DNA of 14,430 nucleotides, taken from positions 1 through 14,430 of the forward strand of contig JBOEGF010000017.1 in NCBI GenBank assembly GCA_050633305.1. The letters run 5' to 3'. A program made the position numbers and the translations under genes. Shown piece after piece: positions 1 through 8,234 of this stretch (position 1 is the stretch's first letter; every line of letters starts with the position of its first letter). The DNA comes from Nannocystales bacterium. Lineage in GTDB: Bacteria > Myxococcota_A > Polyangia > Nannocystales > Nannocystaceae. The notes under the pieces are model-generated. The model had not been told where the DNA came from and did not search any database. It saw only the letters and a program-made list of their open reading frames with translations.

Positions 1-141
1 CCGCCAGGGCGAGGACTTACCGTCCGCGCTATCAAGACGCCCGGCGCAGCGATGTTGCCCAACGAACTCACCGCGTAGCGGCGGCTCACGCCCCCTCTAC
101 GCGACGAGTCGGTGCGTCTGCCCGGCACGGCGAGGACTTAC
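1..141. repeat. Imperfect 20-bp direct repeat (1-20 and 122-141) with a 13-bp identical core GGCGAGGACTTAC
   Basis: ccgccagggcgaggacttac (1-20) vs ccggcacggcgaggacttac (122-141): 18/20 identical, 121 bp apart. The first copy may extend beyond the window edge. Confidence 0.8.
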
Positions 142-955
142 GCTGAGCGAACCCCCACTCTTCGCTGCGGTATCGCTCACCGTTGACGTCGCAGTAGACG
201 TCGTCGACCGGGCCGCAGTTCTTCGTCGCCTCTCGGATCGCGGAGCCTAGCCCTTCCCCCAGGCAGTCCAGATCGGTCTTGATCCGGCGGTCTTCCGTGG
301 CAGATCCGAGGCCCACCAGGCGAGGACACTGGGTCTTCCGCAGCTGGCGCATGGCACCCGCACCGCCCACGAGCATAAACGCCGAGGCTTCGCCTGGATA
401 GAAGCCGCCTGCCTGCCCTGATTGAGCGAGCTGACGAGAGCCGCTGAGCCAGGACAGCGTCGCGGGCTCGAAATAGCTGTCGACGCCTCCCACGATACAG
501 GCGGGCATGTCACGGCCGAGCATCGAGCGTGCCCGTGAGAAGGCGAGCAGGCCACCTGCATGGCCCCGCTCCACCAGGGTCACGGTGCCGTTTCGTTCCC
601 GCAGTTCTTCCATCTTGCGAAGCCCATCGAGCAGGGTGGCCGCTGCGGCTTGGTCGAACCCGGGTCGGCTCTCGGGGACTGCCAGCAAAACATGTGGCGC
701 CAGTCCGAACGTCTGGTGTGTGTCGAGAATCTCTCGTAGTGGCTCGCGCGCAAGTGCGACCAAGCGCTCCGGGCCCCGTAGCCCGGGGTCGAGCAGGGTG
801 TCCCGAGCTCCGCGGACGGGCTTGCCCATGCGATCCACGAGCAGCGGATCCTCCTGCAGCCGACTGATGCCGGCCCGCGCCGCCGCGACGGAGGCTCCGC
901 CGGTAAGCCCCACGGGTGTCCGTGCCGACGAGGCCAAGAACTCCAGAACACTCAT
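86..955 (-). CDS. T6SS-associated thiolase/ketoacyl-synthase-like protein (PRK06147 type), probably C-terminally truncated
   Basis: Motifs RTPVGL..AAARAGISR, GHAGG, IVGGVDSY, GFYPGEASAF and CDVNGERYRSEEWGF. ATGA overlap with the DUF2169 gene. The expected final segment (WGDxGAA-type) is absent, and the sequence after EEWGFAQ looks unrelated. Confidence 0.8.
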   Translation of the reverse strand: MSVLEFLASSARTPVGLTGGASVAAARAGISRLQEDPLLVDRMGKPVRGARDTLLDPGLRGPERLVALAREPLREILDTHQTFGLAPHVLLAVPESRPGFDQAAAATLLDGLRKMEELRERNGTVTLVERGHAGGLLAFSRARSMLGRDMPACIVGGVDSYFEPATLSWLSGSRQLAQSGQAGGFYPGEASAFMLVGGAGAMRQLRKTQCPRLVGLGSATEDRRIKTDLDCLGEGLGSAIREATKNCGPVDDVYCDVNGERYRSEEWGFAQRKSSPCRADAPTRRVEGA

Positions 956-1953
956 CCGCGAACCTCGTCGATCACAGTCTTGTCCAGCCGCTCGATGTCG
1001 CCGGGTGGGACCTCAACGGTCGCGTTCCAGACCAGTGACAGTTGGCCGGCGTCGGGCTCGATGATCACCCCTGTCATTCGGCCCGGTGACGCTACGGACC
1101 GCCGGCCGAAGTAGGTCCGAAAGCGGGGAACCACTCGGGGGAGCTCGAACCCCATGGAGCCACCGGGGCTGAGGTTGCCGAGTTGCACGGTTTCTCCGCC
1201 GACGAGATGAGGGCTTATCTGCTGATCGACCGGAGCACAATGCAGGTAGCGGACGTCGTAGTCCGCAGGCAGAAGCGGCTTGCGGTGCTCGATCCACGCG
1301 GCGTCATAGGTTCCAGCGTGTGACAGGCGCGGAGACCAGAAGCTCGCGACGGGCCCGAACGAAGCGGCGCGTCCCGTGTCACCGTTCATGTACTCCACAT
1401 TGGGGGCCGGCTTGCCCAGTAGCGATCGCTTGTCGACGAAGAATCCCGTTCCTGTGGGGTTGTTTGGATCGATCCGGTGTTTGCTCGGGTTGGAAGACGA
1501 TGTGTCTGCCCCCCCAAACGTACGCTCGTAGGTCAGCGGCATCTTCGTGAATGCCGCCGCGGCCGATGGCGCGATTCCCAGCCCGCCGTCGACAAAGACG
1601 CGCTCGCCATGAACTCGCAGCAATTTGTCGATGGTCGCGACACGGAGCAGGACCGCGACCTCCTTGGCTGGCTTGCCCGAGGGCGCGTGGGCTGAGCCCT
1701 CGATCAACACGTCGGTTCCGGGCTTCGGCCCAACGACATCTGCCTCGTAGACGATGCTCGAGTCGCCGGCCTCGCCCCGATACTCGGGCTCGAACCGAGG
1801 GGCAGGCTGTTCGTCCGCGAGCTCGAGCGTTCGACCTTGCCGGGGAATGTTGAAGGTGGCCTTCAAACACACAATCCACATGTGCCGGCCTTCCCGATTT
1901 CGGGTCCAGATACGCTCCGCCGCGTAGACCGTGCGGTTGTCGAGCTGCCACAT
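952..1953 (-). CDS. DUF2169 family T6SS accessory/adaptor protein (333 aa)
   Basis: N-terminus LDNRTVYAAER..IVCLKATF, and motifs PKPGTDVLIEGSAHAP, PLTYERTFGG, NPTGTGF, FGPVASFWSPR..AGTYDAAW..P.LP.D.D.R...AP.DQQ, all typical of DUF2169. Adjacent to a PRK06147-type gene. Confidence 0.93.
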   Translation of the reverse strand: MWQLDNRTVYAAERIWTRNREGRHMWIVCLKATFNIPRQGRTLELADEQPAPRFEPEYRGEAGDSSIVYEADVVGPKPGTDVLIEGSAHAPSGKPAKEVAVLLRVATIDKLLRVHGERVFVDGGLGIAPSAAAAFTKMPLTYERTFGGADTSSSNPSKHRIDPNNPTGTGFFVDKRSLLGKPAPNVEYMNGDTGRAASFGPVASFWSPRLSHAGTYDAAWIEHRKPLLPADYDVRYLHCAPVDQQISPHLVGGETVQLGNLSPGGSMGFELPRVVPRFRTYFGRRSVASPGRMTGVIIEPDAGQLSLVWNATVEVPPGDIERLDKTVIDEVRG

Positions 1954-2419
1954 TGTCTAGGGCGCTACCTATCACGCCTCACGGTCGTCGCCTACCACTC
2001 TGCGGGGAATCCCTGACTACGGGTCTGCTCGCTTTCGGCTGAACAGCAGGACTCGCCGCTCGAATCGGCGGTTGGAGCGAACCGGTGTCGCGGGGATATC
2101 GACCCCGTGTCTGGCGTTCATACGGCCGAGTGGGTTCTCCGTTGCGCAGGTGTCTGCGCGTTCCAGGGCGTCGCAGGCTGCAATCCGACCGCCCCTGCAT
2201 CGCGCCAGGCTCCGGCTAGCTCAACCTCGCGGTCGGCCGCAGCGCTCGAGCGAACGAGCTGGGAACCCCTGGCACTGGCATCCGCGCAGATCGCCCGAGA
2301 CGCGTGACTGGAAACCCGAGCGGTGGCCGCGGCAGCCGATGGCGCGCAACATCGAGGAGCTGTTTGTCGAGGGCGGGCCTGGTGCTGGCCGCCAGCTCGA
2401 CCCTCCGAGCCGTCGAGGT

Positions 2420-2738
2420 CCCCCCGACCAGGCCTCGCTCGTCATGACGGCTAAGAATCCAAGCTCGCCGACCGCCATAACCTGCTTGTCAGGCGTCACA
2501 TGCCTCTTCGATACACTGACAGCTCACCGGCTGCGGAGGACTGAGAGCGTTCCAAGGAGCAGTCCTCCGGAGGCCAATTGGCAGTAGCCGCGCCGCTTCC
2601 TTCGGCATGACCTTCGCTAGAATCGCTTTCGGCCATACAGGCATCGCCGGAGCACTCGGATTCTCCGCCACATCCCCCAGACATGACGAGAAGCAGAGCC
2701 TGCAGGGCGCGGTTCCGCCATGTTCGCGCGGGGATCAT
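2420..2738 (-). pseudogene. Frameshifted/truncated putative lipoprotein
   Basis: ATG at 2738 gives MIPARTWRNRALQALLLVMSGG-C (lipobox-like) and a Ser/Gly/Glu linker. The frame stops at 2496, while another frame continues HVTPDKQVMAVGELGFLAV (propeller-blade-like). The left boundary is approximate. Confidence 0.45.
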
Positions 2739-2899
2739 GAGGCGTAGAACATCATGCGGCGTGAAAGCAAGGTCTGGGGGCCGCCAAGGACATCGAGGAC
2801 TCCAGCGACACAAGGCAAGAGTCTGTCCGCGCGTATCTCTCTCCAACTGGCGGAAACAACTCCAGGGACTGCGGAAGGGCCGGAGCCGTTGCGGCCGCG

Positions 2900-3190
2900 T
2901 CACGACCACGTGCGTCCTGACTGCCACCGCTCAAACCTCTGCACGAGCATCCTCCCGCGCCGCGCGGGGACGCCGTCTCCCCACCGGTCCAACTCATCAC
3001 ACGCCTGTCGTAGCGCGGCGGCGAGCCGGGCGGCGACGAAGGTGGCCCGTTCTTCGAGCCTCTCGACCACCGCCCGCGGCTCGCCGTCGCGGCCCAGATA
3101 GATGCCTTCGTAGAACCAGCGTCCGTCGGCTTCTCGTCGAAGCTGGCCACACGACACACACCGCGCCAAGGCCGGGTCTGCGGGACTCAC
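2900..3190 (-). CDS. Hypothetical 96-aa protein (CxxC near the N-terminus, helical C-terminus)
   Basis: GTG at 3190 overlaps the TGA of the upstream gene (GTGA). Translation MSPADPALARCVSCGQLRREADGRWFYEGIYLG... is the protein-like 3' half of track ORF 2900..3529. Confidence 0.65.
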   Translation of the reverse strand: MSPADPALARCVSCGQLRREADGRWFYEGIYLGRDGEPRAVVERLEERATFVAARLAAALRQACDELDRWGDGVPARRGRMLVQRFERWQSGRTWS

Positions 3191-3573
3191 GACACTCGCC
3201 TCCACAGCCCGCGCCGAACCAACATGCGCCGGATGGTCGACGGACTCACCGCATATCCCGCCCGGGCAGCCGCCTGCGCCAGCGTTCCCCGGCCACCCGC
3301 AGGCATGGAGAACGCCAAGCGAATCGCCAGATCCTCGATCTCGACTCGCAGCCGGTTGCGGGCTGCCCGGCGGGCCCGGTGCAGCATGTACACCAGCCCC
3401 TCGCGTCCGGCACACACGTCTCGCACGGCGTTGTGAACTTCTTTGTGGGAGGCGAGGCGGTAGCGAAGCATGGCGTCGATGGGCGTGGTCTCGAGCGCGT
3501 AGTGGGCAGCGCGGAGCCATCGCCTCCACAGGCGTTGGGCAAATCGTTCGATGTGGTCTCGGATCGGGGTCAT
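3187..3573 (-). CDS. 128-aa protein with a C-terminal winged-HTH similar to the DNA-binding region of IS481-type transposases; no DDE domain
   Basis: NRLRVEIEDLAIRLAFSMPAGGRGTLAQAAARAGYAVSPSTIRRMLVRRGL resembles transposase HTH segments. ATGA and GTGA overlaps with both neighbours. Confidence 0.6.
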   Translation of the reverse strand: MTPIRDHIERFAQRLWRRWLRAAHYALETTPIDAMLRYRLASHKEVHNAVRDVCAGREGLVYMLHRARRAARNRLRVEIEDLAIRLAFSMPAGGRGTLAQAAARAGYAVSPSTIRRMLVRRGLWRRVS

Positions 3574-4595
3574 TGCAATGGGCGGGGTTGGCTGGTGGAG
3601 ATCACGATGTCGAGCGCTCGGCTCGCCCGCATCCAGTCGAGGTGGTCGGTGCCCGCGGCGGGCGCGGTGAGCCGGTAGTCGATCGCGACGCTCTCATGCT
3701 CGCGTTGTGCGACCACAGCAACCCCATCACCGCTGGGGGTCCGAATGGAGGCCTGCCACTGACCCAGCCAACCCGGCACCAATGTGTCGAAGCCCGGGCG
3801 CTGCGCGGAGAGCACGGCACCCAGCGTCGCGTCGGTGTCGGTCAGCTCGCGCCACATCGCGGCGCGGCGGTGCTCGGCGGACGGAGCGTGGGCGAGCGCA
3901 GAGGCCCACAGCTGAATCGCCGCACCGCGCTGGACATCCCGAACGGGCTGCAACGCCCACGACATCGCCTGCTCGCTGCCATCGCCGCGCGCGTCCCAGG
4001 AGCCTGGCAGGGCGAAGCCCACCAAGGGTCCGCCGCGTACCACGAGTTCCTCCACCGGGCCGCGGCTGGGGTGGCCGAGATGAAAACTGTCGAGGGCGAA
4101 CCACAACGGGTCGTGCCACTGCGACCAGATCCGGTGCGGCGCGAAGGCATCACATCGGATCAGACGCGGCCCCGATCGCACGGCAAGGGTGCGGCGCACG
4201 AGGACCTCGCCGTCCTTCTCGCGCAGGGCCGCCAGCTCGTATCGAGGGCCACCGCGGCACACGTGGGTCTTGGCCAACGCCACGCCCCAGCCCGACTTGG
4301 CGGCCAGCCATCGCAACCACTCCAAGGGGTCGACCTCCCACTCCAAGGTGTGCCCGCTGACGCCCAACCGGGGGCCCGTGAGGCTCGGCGGCAACCCAAA
4401 GGCCGCCAGCGGCTCGGGCACACCGCGGGCCTCAGGCTCGAAGGTGCCGGGCATCGCCACCGCCATCGCCCGGGGCTTGAGCAAGCCAAAGCTCAGGGCC
4501 CGGTCGTGCGAGACCTCGATGCGTTGCAGCTCGTGCGTCTCGCGAAGCCGAGCGGGGTCGGGCCTGGGGTGCGCAAACAAGGCGTCCTGGTTCAT
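3570..4595 (-). CDS. Hypothetical 341-aa protein, probably two tandem PsbP/Mog1p/DcrB-like domains (candidate effector chaperone or immunity protein)
   Basis: Each half starts with an F-x-L-(x)-P segment (LSFGLLKP; VGFALPGSW) and ends in a helix plus strand (WHDPLWFALDSFHL; WMRASRALDIVIST). ATGA overlap with the PAAR gene. The CDS is well supported; the fold is inferred. Confidence 0.6.
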   Translation of the reverse strand: MNQDALFAHPRPDPARLRETHELQRIEVSHDRALSFGLLKPRAMAVAMPGTFEPEARGVPEPLAAFGLPPSLTGPRLGVSGHTLEWEVDPLEWLRWLAAKSGWGVALAKTHVCRGGPRYELAALREKDGEVLVRRTLAVRSGPRLIRCDAFAPHRIWSQWHDPLWFALDSFHLGHPSRGPVEELVVRGGPLVGFALPGSWDARGDGSEQAMSWALQPVRDVQRGAAIQLWASALAHAPSAEHRRAAMWRELTDTDATLGAVLSAQRPGFDTLVPGWLGQWQASIRTPSGDGVAVVAQREHESVAIDYRLTAPAAGTDHLDWMRASRALDIVISTSQPRPLQ

Positions 4596-5809
4596 TCTTT
4601 CTTCTCATCCTTCCACGGCTTGCGCCGCTGTCCTGGTTTGCGCACCTGCACCTGCGGGCGATGGCAGTCGATGTCCGTCTCGAGCCCGCTGTTCTTCTTG
4701 CGCTTGGTCTTGCTGGGGTCCTTCGGGTCCAGCACCGCAGAGTGCTCGGACTTCATCGACGCATCACACGTCGCGCGGGCCTCGACGAGCACGTCGAGGG
4801 TCCCGTCGCGGTCGAGGTCAATGCCGGACAGCCAGTCCGAGAAGAACTCGTTCTTGGCTTCAAACCCGACCTTGAGCGTGGGGCCATCGAGCGAGCTCAG
4901 CACCGCGCGGCCCGCCAGGACGCCCACGGGGCCGCCGTACACCATGATCCCGGCCGCCCCGGCGCCCTTGACCATGTCCCAGGCGTTCCACTTGACCGTG
5001 CCTTTGAGAGACACCGTCCCGCCCAGGGATCCGAAGCGCTCCAGGCCCGGGATGAAGTCGTCCAGCGGCCGAAACACGACCTCTTGCACCACGCAGGGGG
5101 CCGCGGGTGGACCGGCCAGCACTTGCGGTGCGCCCGCGATGAGCGGGTTGGGACCGCCGGAGCTCTCGATCACCCAATCGCCCGCCCGCAGCAGGGGCGC
5201 GCCGTTGATGTAGACCGATGCGTTGGTCGTCCTCCACGCCGCGCGCCCGGTCTGCGGGAGGTGGGGCAGGCCCACGACATTGGGCATGGGGCACGCGCCC
5301 ACCACATGGTCCACGGTCAGCGCGGGGCGGCCCGAGATCGCCACGTCGATCGACCCGGGCCCGGGAATCGCGGTGCCGCCATGCAGCAGCGGATCCCCGA
5401 CCCGCGCGGCGAACTGCGGCCCGGGGATGCGGGTGCGTTCAACCGTCCAGGGAACGCCGTCGATCTCCCACGGAGCCAGTTCGAACTCGAAGTCGGCCGA
5501 CTGCTCGACACTGGTTTCCTTGAGCTTGCGATAGACCAGGTAGCCCGCCCCCGCACCGATGCCCACGACCCACCACCAACCGTGGCCGTCGTCGTCTTCG
5601 CCCCCGACCTCGTTCTCGGCGGGTTCGTCGGCGGGTTCTTCCTCGCGCGTCTCTTTCGGCTTGGGCGGGTCCCCCGCTTCGGCCCACTCCCGCAACCACG
5701 CCTGTGGGCTCGAAGGCGCGTCGTCCTCGAAGTGCTGCCGCATTCGCTCCACCGCCGCCTGCACGTCCTGAAACGTGGGCAGCCCCATCGTGTCGTACAG
5801 CGTGGACAT
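4592..5809 (-). CDS. PAAR-domain protein (405 aa) with an N-terminal acidic region and TM helix plus a C-terminal extension; candidate specialised T6SS effector
   Basis: Likely true start is ATG 5809, overlapping the vgrG stop (TGATG). PAAR motifs AARVGDPLLHGG, GSIDVAISGRPAL, SVYINGAPLLRAGD and AGAPQVLAG lie at about 5107-5412. Hydrophobic helix GWWWVVGIGAGAGYLVY lies at about 5530-5582. Confidence 0.88.
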   Translation of the reverse strand: MSTLYDTMGLPTFQDVQAAVERMRQHFEDDAPSSPQAWLREWAEAGDPPKPKETREEEPADEPAENEVGGEDDDGHGWWWVVGIGAGAGYLVYRKLKETSVEQSADFEFELAPWEIDGVPWTVERTRIPGPQFAARVGDPLLHGGTAIPGPGSIDVAISGRPALTVDHVVGACPMPNVVGLPHLPQTGRAAWRTTNASVYINGAPLLRAGDWVIESSGGPNPLIAGAPQVLAGPPAAPCVVQEVVFRPLDDFIPGLERFGSLGGTVSLKGTVKWNAWDMVKGAGAAGIMVYGGPVGVLAGRAVLSSLDGPTLKVGFEAKNEFFSDWLSGIDLDRDGTLDVLVEARATCDASMKSEHSAVLDPKDPSKTKRKKNSGLETDIDCHRPQVQVRKPGQRRKPWKDEKKE

Positions 5810-8202
5810 CAGCAGTTGAGGTGAATGGGTTGGCCGCGCACGTCGACGAGTCCCTCGGAGTGCACCTCGACACTGGCCCCGGTCACCCCGACCGACGCGC
5901 CTTTGAGCGTGGCGGTGTCGCCCCCGAAGACGTGCGTCGCGGGGCTCTCCAGCGTCGCGCTGGACGAGCCGCTGATGTTCACCGATGAGCCCGACTGCAC
6001 GAGGTTGCCCTGGGCCTTGCACTCCGCGCCCGAGGCCTGAAGGCGCAGCACGGACTCGCTCTTGTGCCCGCCGAACAGCTCGGCCCGCTTGGTGTCCAGG
6101 CTCAGGCTCCCCGCATCGGCGCTCAGCCACAGCCGCCGATCCGCGTTCGCGGTGATCACGGTGCCCTCCATCGCGATGCCTTGGGGCGTCAGGCGGAGCA
6201 CGGTCTTGCCCACCTTCAGCTCGATGCTCTCGGGGGCTTCCAGCGTGACGCTGGTGGGCTTCATCTCCAGCACGCTGCCCTGCGTGGGAGGGCGGTGCAG
6301 GCCCATCGACGACCGGCCCGCGCTGTCCGCCCCCGCGGTTGCGCAGGACCACCGGACCATCTGCTCGGCGTTGCCCACGATGCACTCGTCGGCGGTCCAA
6401 AACGCCGAGCTCGCGTGCAGCGAGTGCACGTCGCCCACGTCGCGAAACTCGCCCCCGGTCACGAACACCTGCAGCTCGCCCTTGGCCTCGGCGTTGGGCT
6501 TGCCGATCTGCACGGTCTCGCTGCCGTCGATGTTGCGCGCGGAGTCCTTGCCCACGCTCAGGCTGCGCGAGGCGCCCACCTGGGTGCTCTGGGCCGCCCG
6601 CACCACGGTTCGTTGGTTGCGTTGGGCGTGCAGGAACACCTCCTCGCTGCCCGCGGCATCCTCGAAGCGCAGCTCGTTGTAGCCCTCGCCGCCGGGGCTG
6701 CTCTGCGTCCGCAAGGTGGTGCAGGTCTTGGTTTGCGGCAGGGCACCCGGTGGCGGGTTGCCCCCGGTCCACAAGCAGCCGGTCACGACGGGGCGGTCGG
6801 GGTTGCCGCCCAAAAAGCCCACCACGACCTCCATCCCGACCCGAGGGACGAAGCTCGCGCCATAGCCCGGGCCCGCCCACGGCGTCATCACCCGCAGCCA
6901 GCACGTGTGACCTGGAGCATCGTCCCAGTGAAAGCGCACCAGTACGCGACCCAGCGCATCGGTGTGCACCTCCTCGCCGTGCGGGCCGACCACCACGGCG
7001 GACTCGATGCCGCTGACCCGAGGGCGTGGCACAACCGCAGGCCGCACCGGGCCGAACTCGAGCGGCTGCACGACAAACCGGTTGGCGTAGGTCGCTGCCG
7101 CCTGCGGGCCACCATGCACGTCCACCTCGGGGAAGTCGGCCTCGTGCACGACCTGCGTGACGGCGTAGCGCCCGTCGAGGTCGACCTGCGGATGGCCTTG
7201 CAACTCGAAGGTGGAGCCCGCGGTCAGGTCGGCGACAATGCTGCGGCCCGAGGCCACCGCACTGCGGCCCGCGATGTCCTCGAACGCCCGGGCTGCCCAC
7301 GCGTCGGTGTCGTCCAGGTGCGGACCGCCACTGCCCTTGCCTTCATCAATGCGTCGGGGGTGGTGCTGCCACTGGTGGCCGAGCCGGCCGTGCTCGTGGC
7401 GGGTCTCCAACATGCCCGGCTCGAGGTGTTTCCAGTCCCGTGCCCGCACCGTGACGCCGCCGGGTTGGATGTTGTCGGCGCGCACCAAGGCTTGCACCCC
7501 GGGCTCGTCCGCTTGTTCCTCAGCCTCGCCCTCGGGGTGAAACGGCACGAGCACAGGCGCGGACTCGGTGGGCGCGGCGGCGTCCAAGCCCACCGCAGGC
7601 AGGGCTGCGTTGTGGTCGGTCAGCACGTAGTGGGTCTGCCGCTCGTCGTCGGCGTACCCGTGCAGCAGGCACAGCCCCGACTCGGACAGCAGCCGCAGGA
7701 CGAAGTCGAGGTCGCGCTCGCCGTACTGCACCTGGTAGTCGCGCGGCGGCTGCTCGTCTCGCAGACGCGAGAAGTTCCACGCGCCGCCGAACTCCTCGAA
7801 CACAGGGCCTGCGATCTCCTCGAGGACCTGCGGCAGCGTGCGGTCGGTGAAGATGCGGGTGCGGGTGGAGAGCCGCAGCAACGCCAAGGATGGCTCGAGC
7901 ACCACGCGCACGAAGAGTTGGTGACTATGCACGGCGACGAACCCGGCCGAGGTCACCACCGCGCGAAGCGTCCGCGCGGTGAAGCCGGGGCGATCGATCT
8001 CCACGTGCGCGCGGGCCCACAGCAGCGAGTCCACCTCCAGATCGAGATCGGTGCTCAACAGCGTGGTGGTGCCGACGAAGCACTGACCGATGGACTCGGT
8101 CAGCTCGAAGCTGCGGGTCGTCAGGCGGAGTTCCTGGCCATCGACCGTCTTCAAGCCGACGCTCACCCGGACCGAGTCCAGCGTCACGTTAGATCGCTCC
8201 AC
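5809..8202 (-). CDS. vgrG: Type VI secretion spike protein VgrG (797 aa)
   Basis: YQVQYGERDLDFVLRLLSESG, AVVVGPHGEEVHTDALGRVLVRFHWD, TCWLRVMTPWAGPGYG..FVPRVGMEVVVGFLGGNPDRP and YNELRFEDAAGSEEVFLHAQRN. Beta-helical tail ending IHLNC. AGGAG RBS at 8210-8214. Confidence 0.97.
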   Translation of the reverse strand: MERSNVTLDSVRVSVGLKTVDGQELRLTTRSFELTESIGQCFVGTTTLLSTDLDLEVDSLLWARAHVEIDRPGFTARTLRAVVTSAGFVAVHSHQLFVRVVLEPSLALLRLSTRTRIFTDRTLPQVLEEIAGPVFEEFGGAWNFSRLRDEQPPRDYQVQYGERDLDFVLRLLSESGLCLLHGYADDERQTHYVLTDHNAALPAVGLDAAAPTESAPVLVPFHPEGEAEEQADEPGVQALVRADNIQPGGVTVRARDWKHLEPGMLETRHEHGRLGHQWQHHPRRIDEGKGSGGPHLDDTDAWAARAFEDIAGRSAVASGRSIVADLTAGSTFELQGHPQVDLDGRYAVTQVVHEADFPEVDVHGGPQAAATYANRFVVQPLEFGPVRPAVVPRPRVSGIESAVVVGPHGEEVHTDALGRVLVRFHWDDAPGHTCWLRVMTPWAGPGYGASFVPRVGMEVVVGFLGGNPDRPVVTGCLWTGGNPPPGALPQTKTCTTLRTQSSPGGEGYNELRFEDAAGSEEVFLHAQRNQRTVVRAAQSTQVGASRSLSVGKDSARNIDGSETVQIGKPNAEAKGELQVFVTGGEFRDVGDVHSLHASSAFWTADECIVGNAEQMVRWSCATAGADSAGRSSMGLHRPPTQGSVLEMKPTSVTLEAPESIELKVGKTVLRLTPQGIAMEGTVITANADRRLWLSADAGSLSLDTKRAELFGGHKSESVLRLQASGAECKAQGNLVQSGSSVNISGSSSATLESPATHVFGGDTATLKGASVGVTGASVEVHSEGLVDVRGQPIHLNC

Positions 8203-8234
8203 CGCGTCGCTCCTGCGTTCACGCCCTTGCCTGG

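Noticed and set aside
1..89. Possible new minus-strand gene from GTG 89 (VSRRYAVSSLGNIAAPG...) or frameshifted continuation of the thiolase-like gene
   Set aside because: Only 29 codons are visible and the resemblance to the expected WGDxGAA motif is too weak to call.
1..141. CRISPR array interpretation of the 20-bp repeat
   Set aside because: Only two copies, a 101-bp spacer, a short repeat and no cas genes in view.
86..955. Fatty-acid or polyketide biosynthesis role for the ketoacyl-synthase-like gene
   Set aside because: No catalytic Cys motif and no ACP or PKS neighbours. Coupling to DUF2169 indicates the T6SS-associated family.
1954..2420. Short hairpins and small ORFs (1979..2200, 2072..2587) as an ncRNA or gene
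   Set aside because: Stems are short and expected at this GC content, and the translations are low-complexity with no motif.
5810..7300. N-terminal ~497 aa of the 902-aa track ORF 4592..7300
   Set aside because: Arg/Gly-rich alternative frame inside vgrG. The PAAR gene more plausibly starts at ATG 5809, coupled to the vgrG stop.
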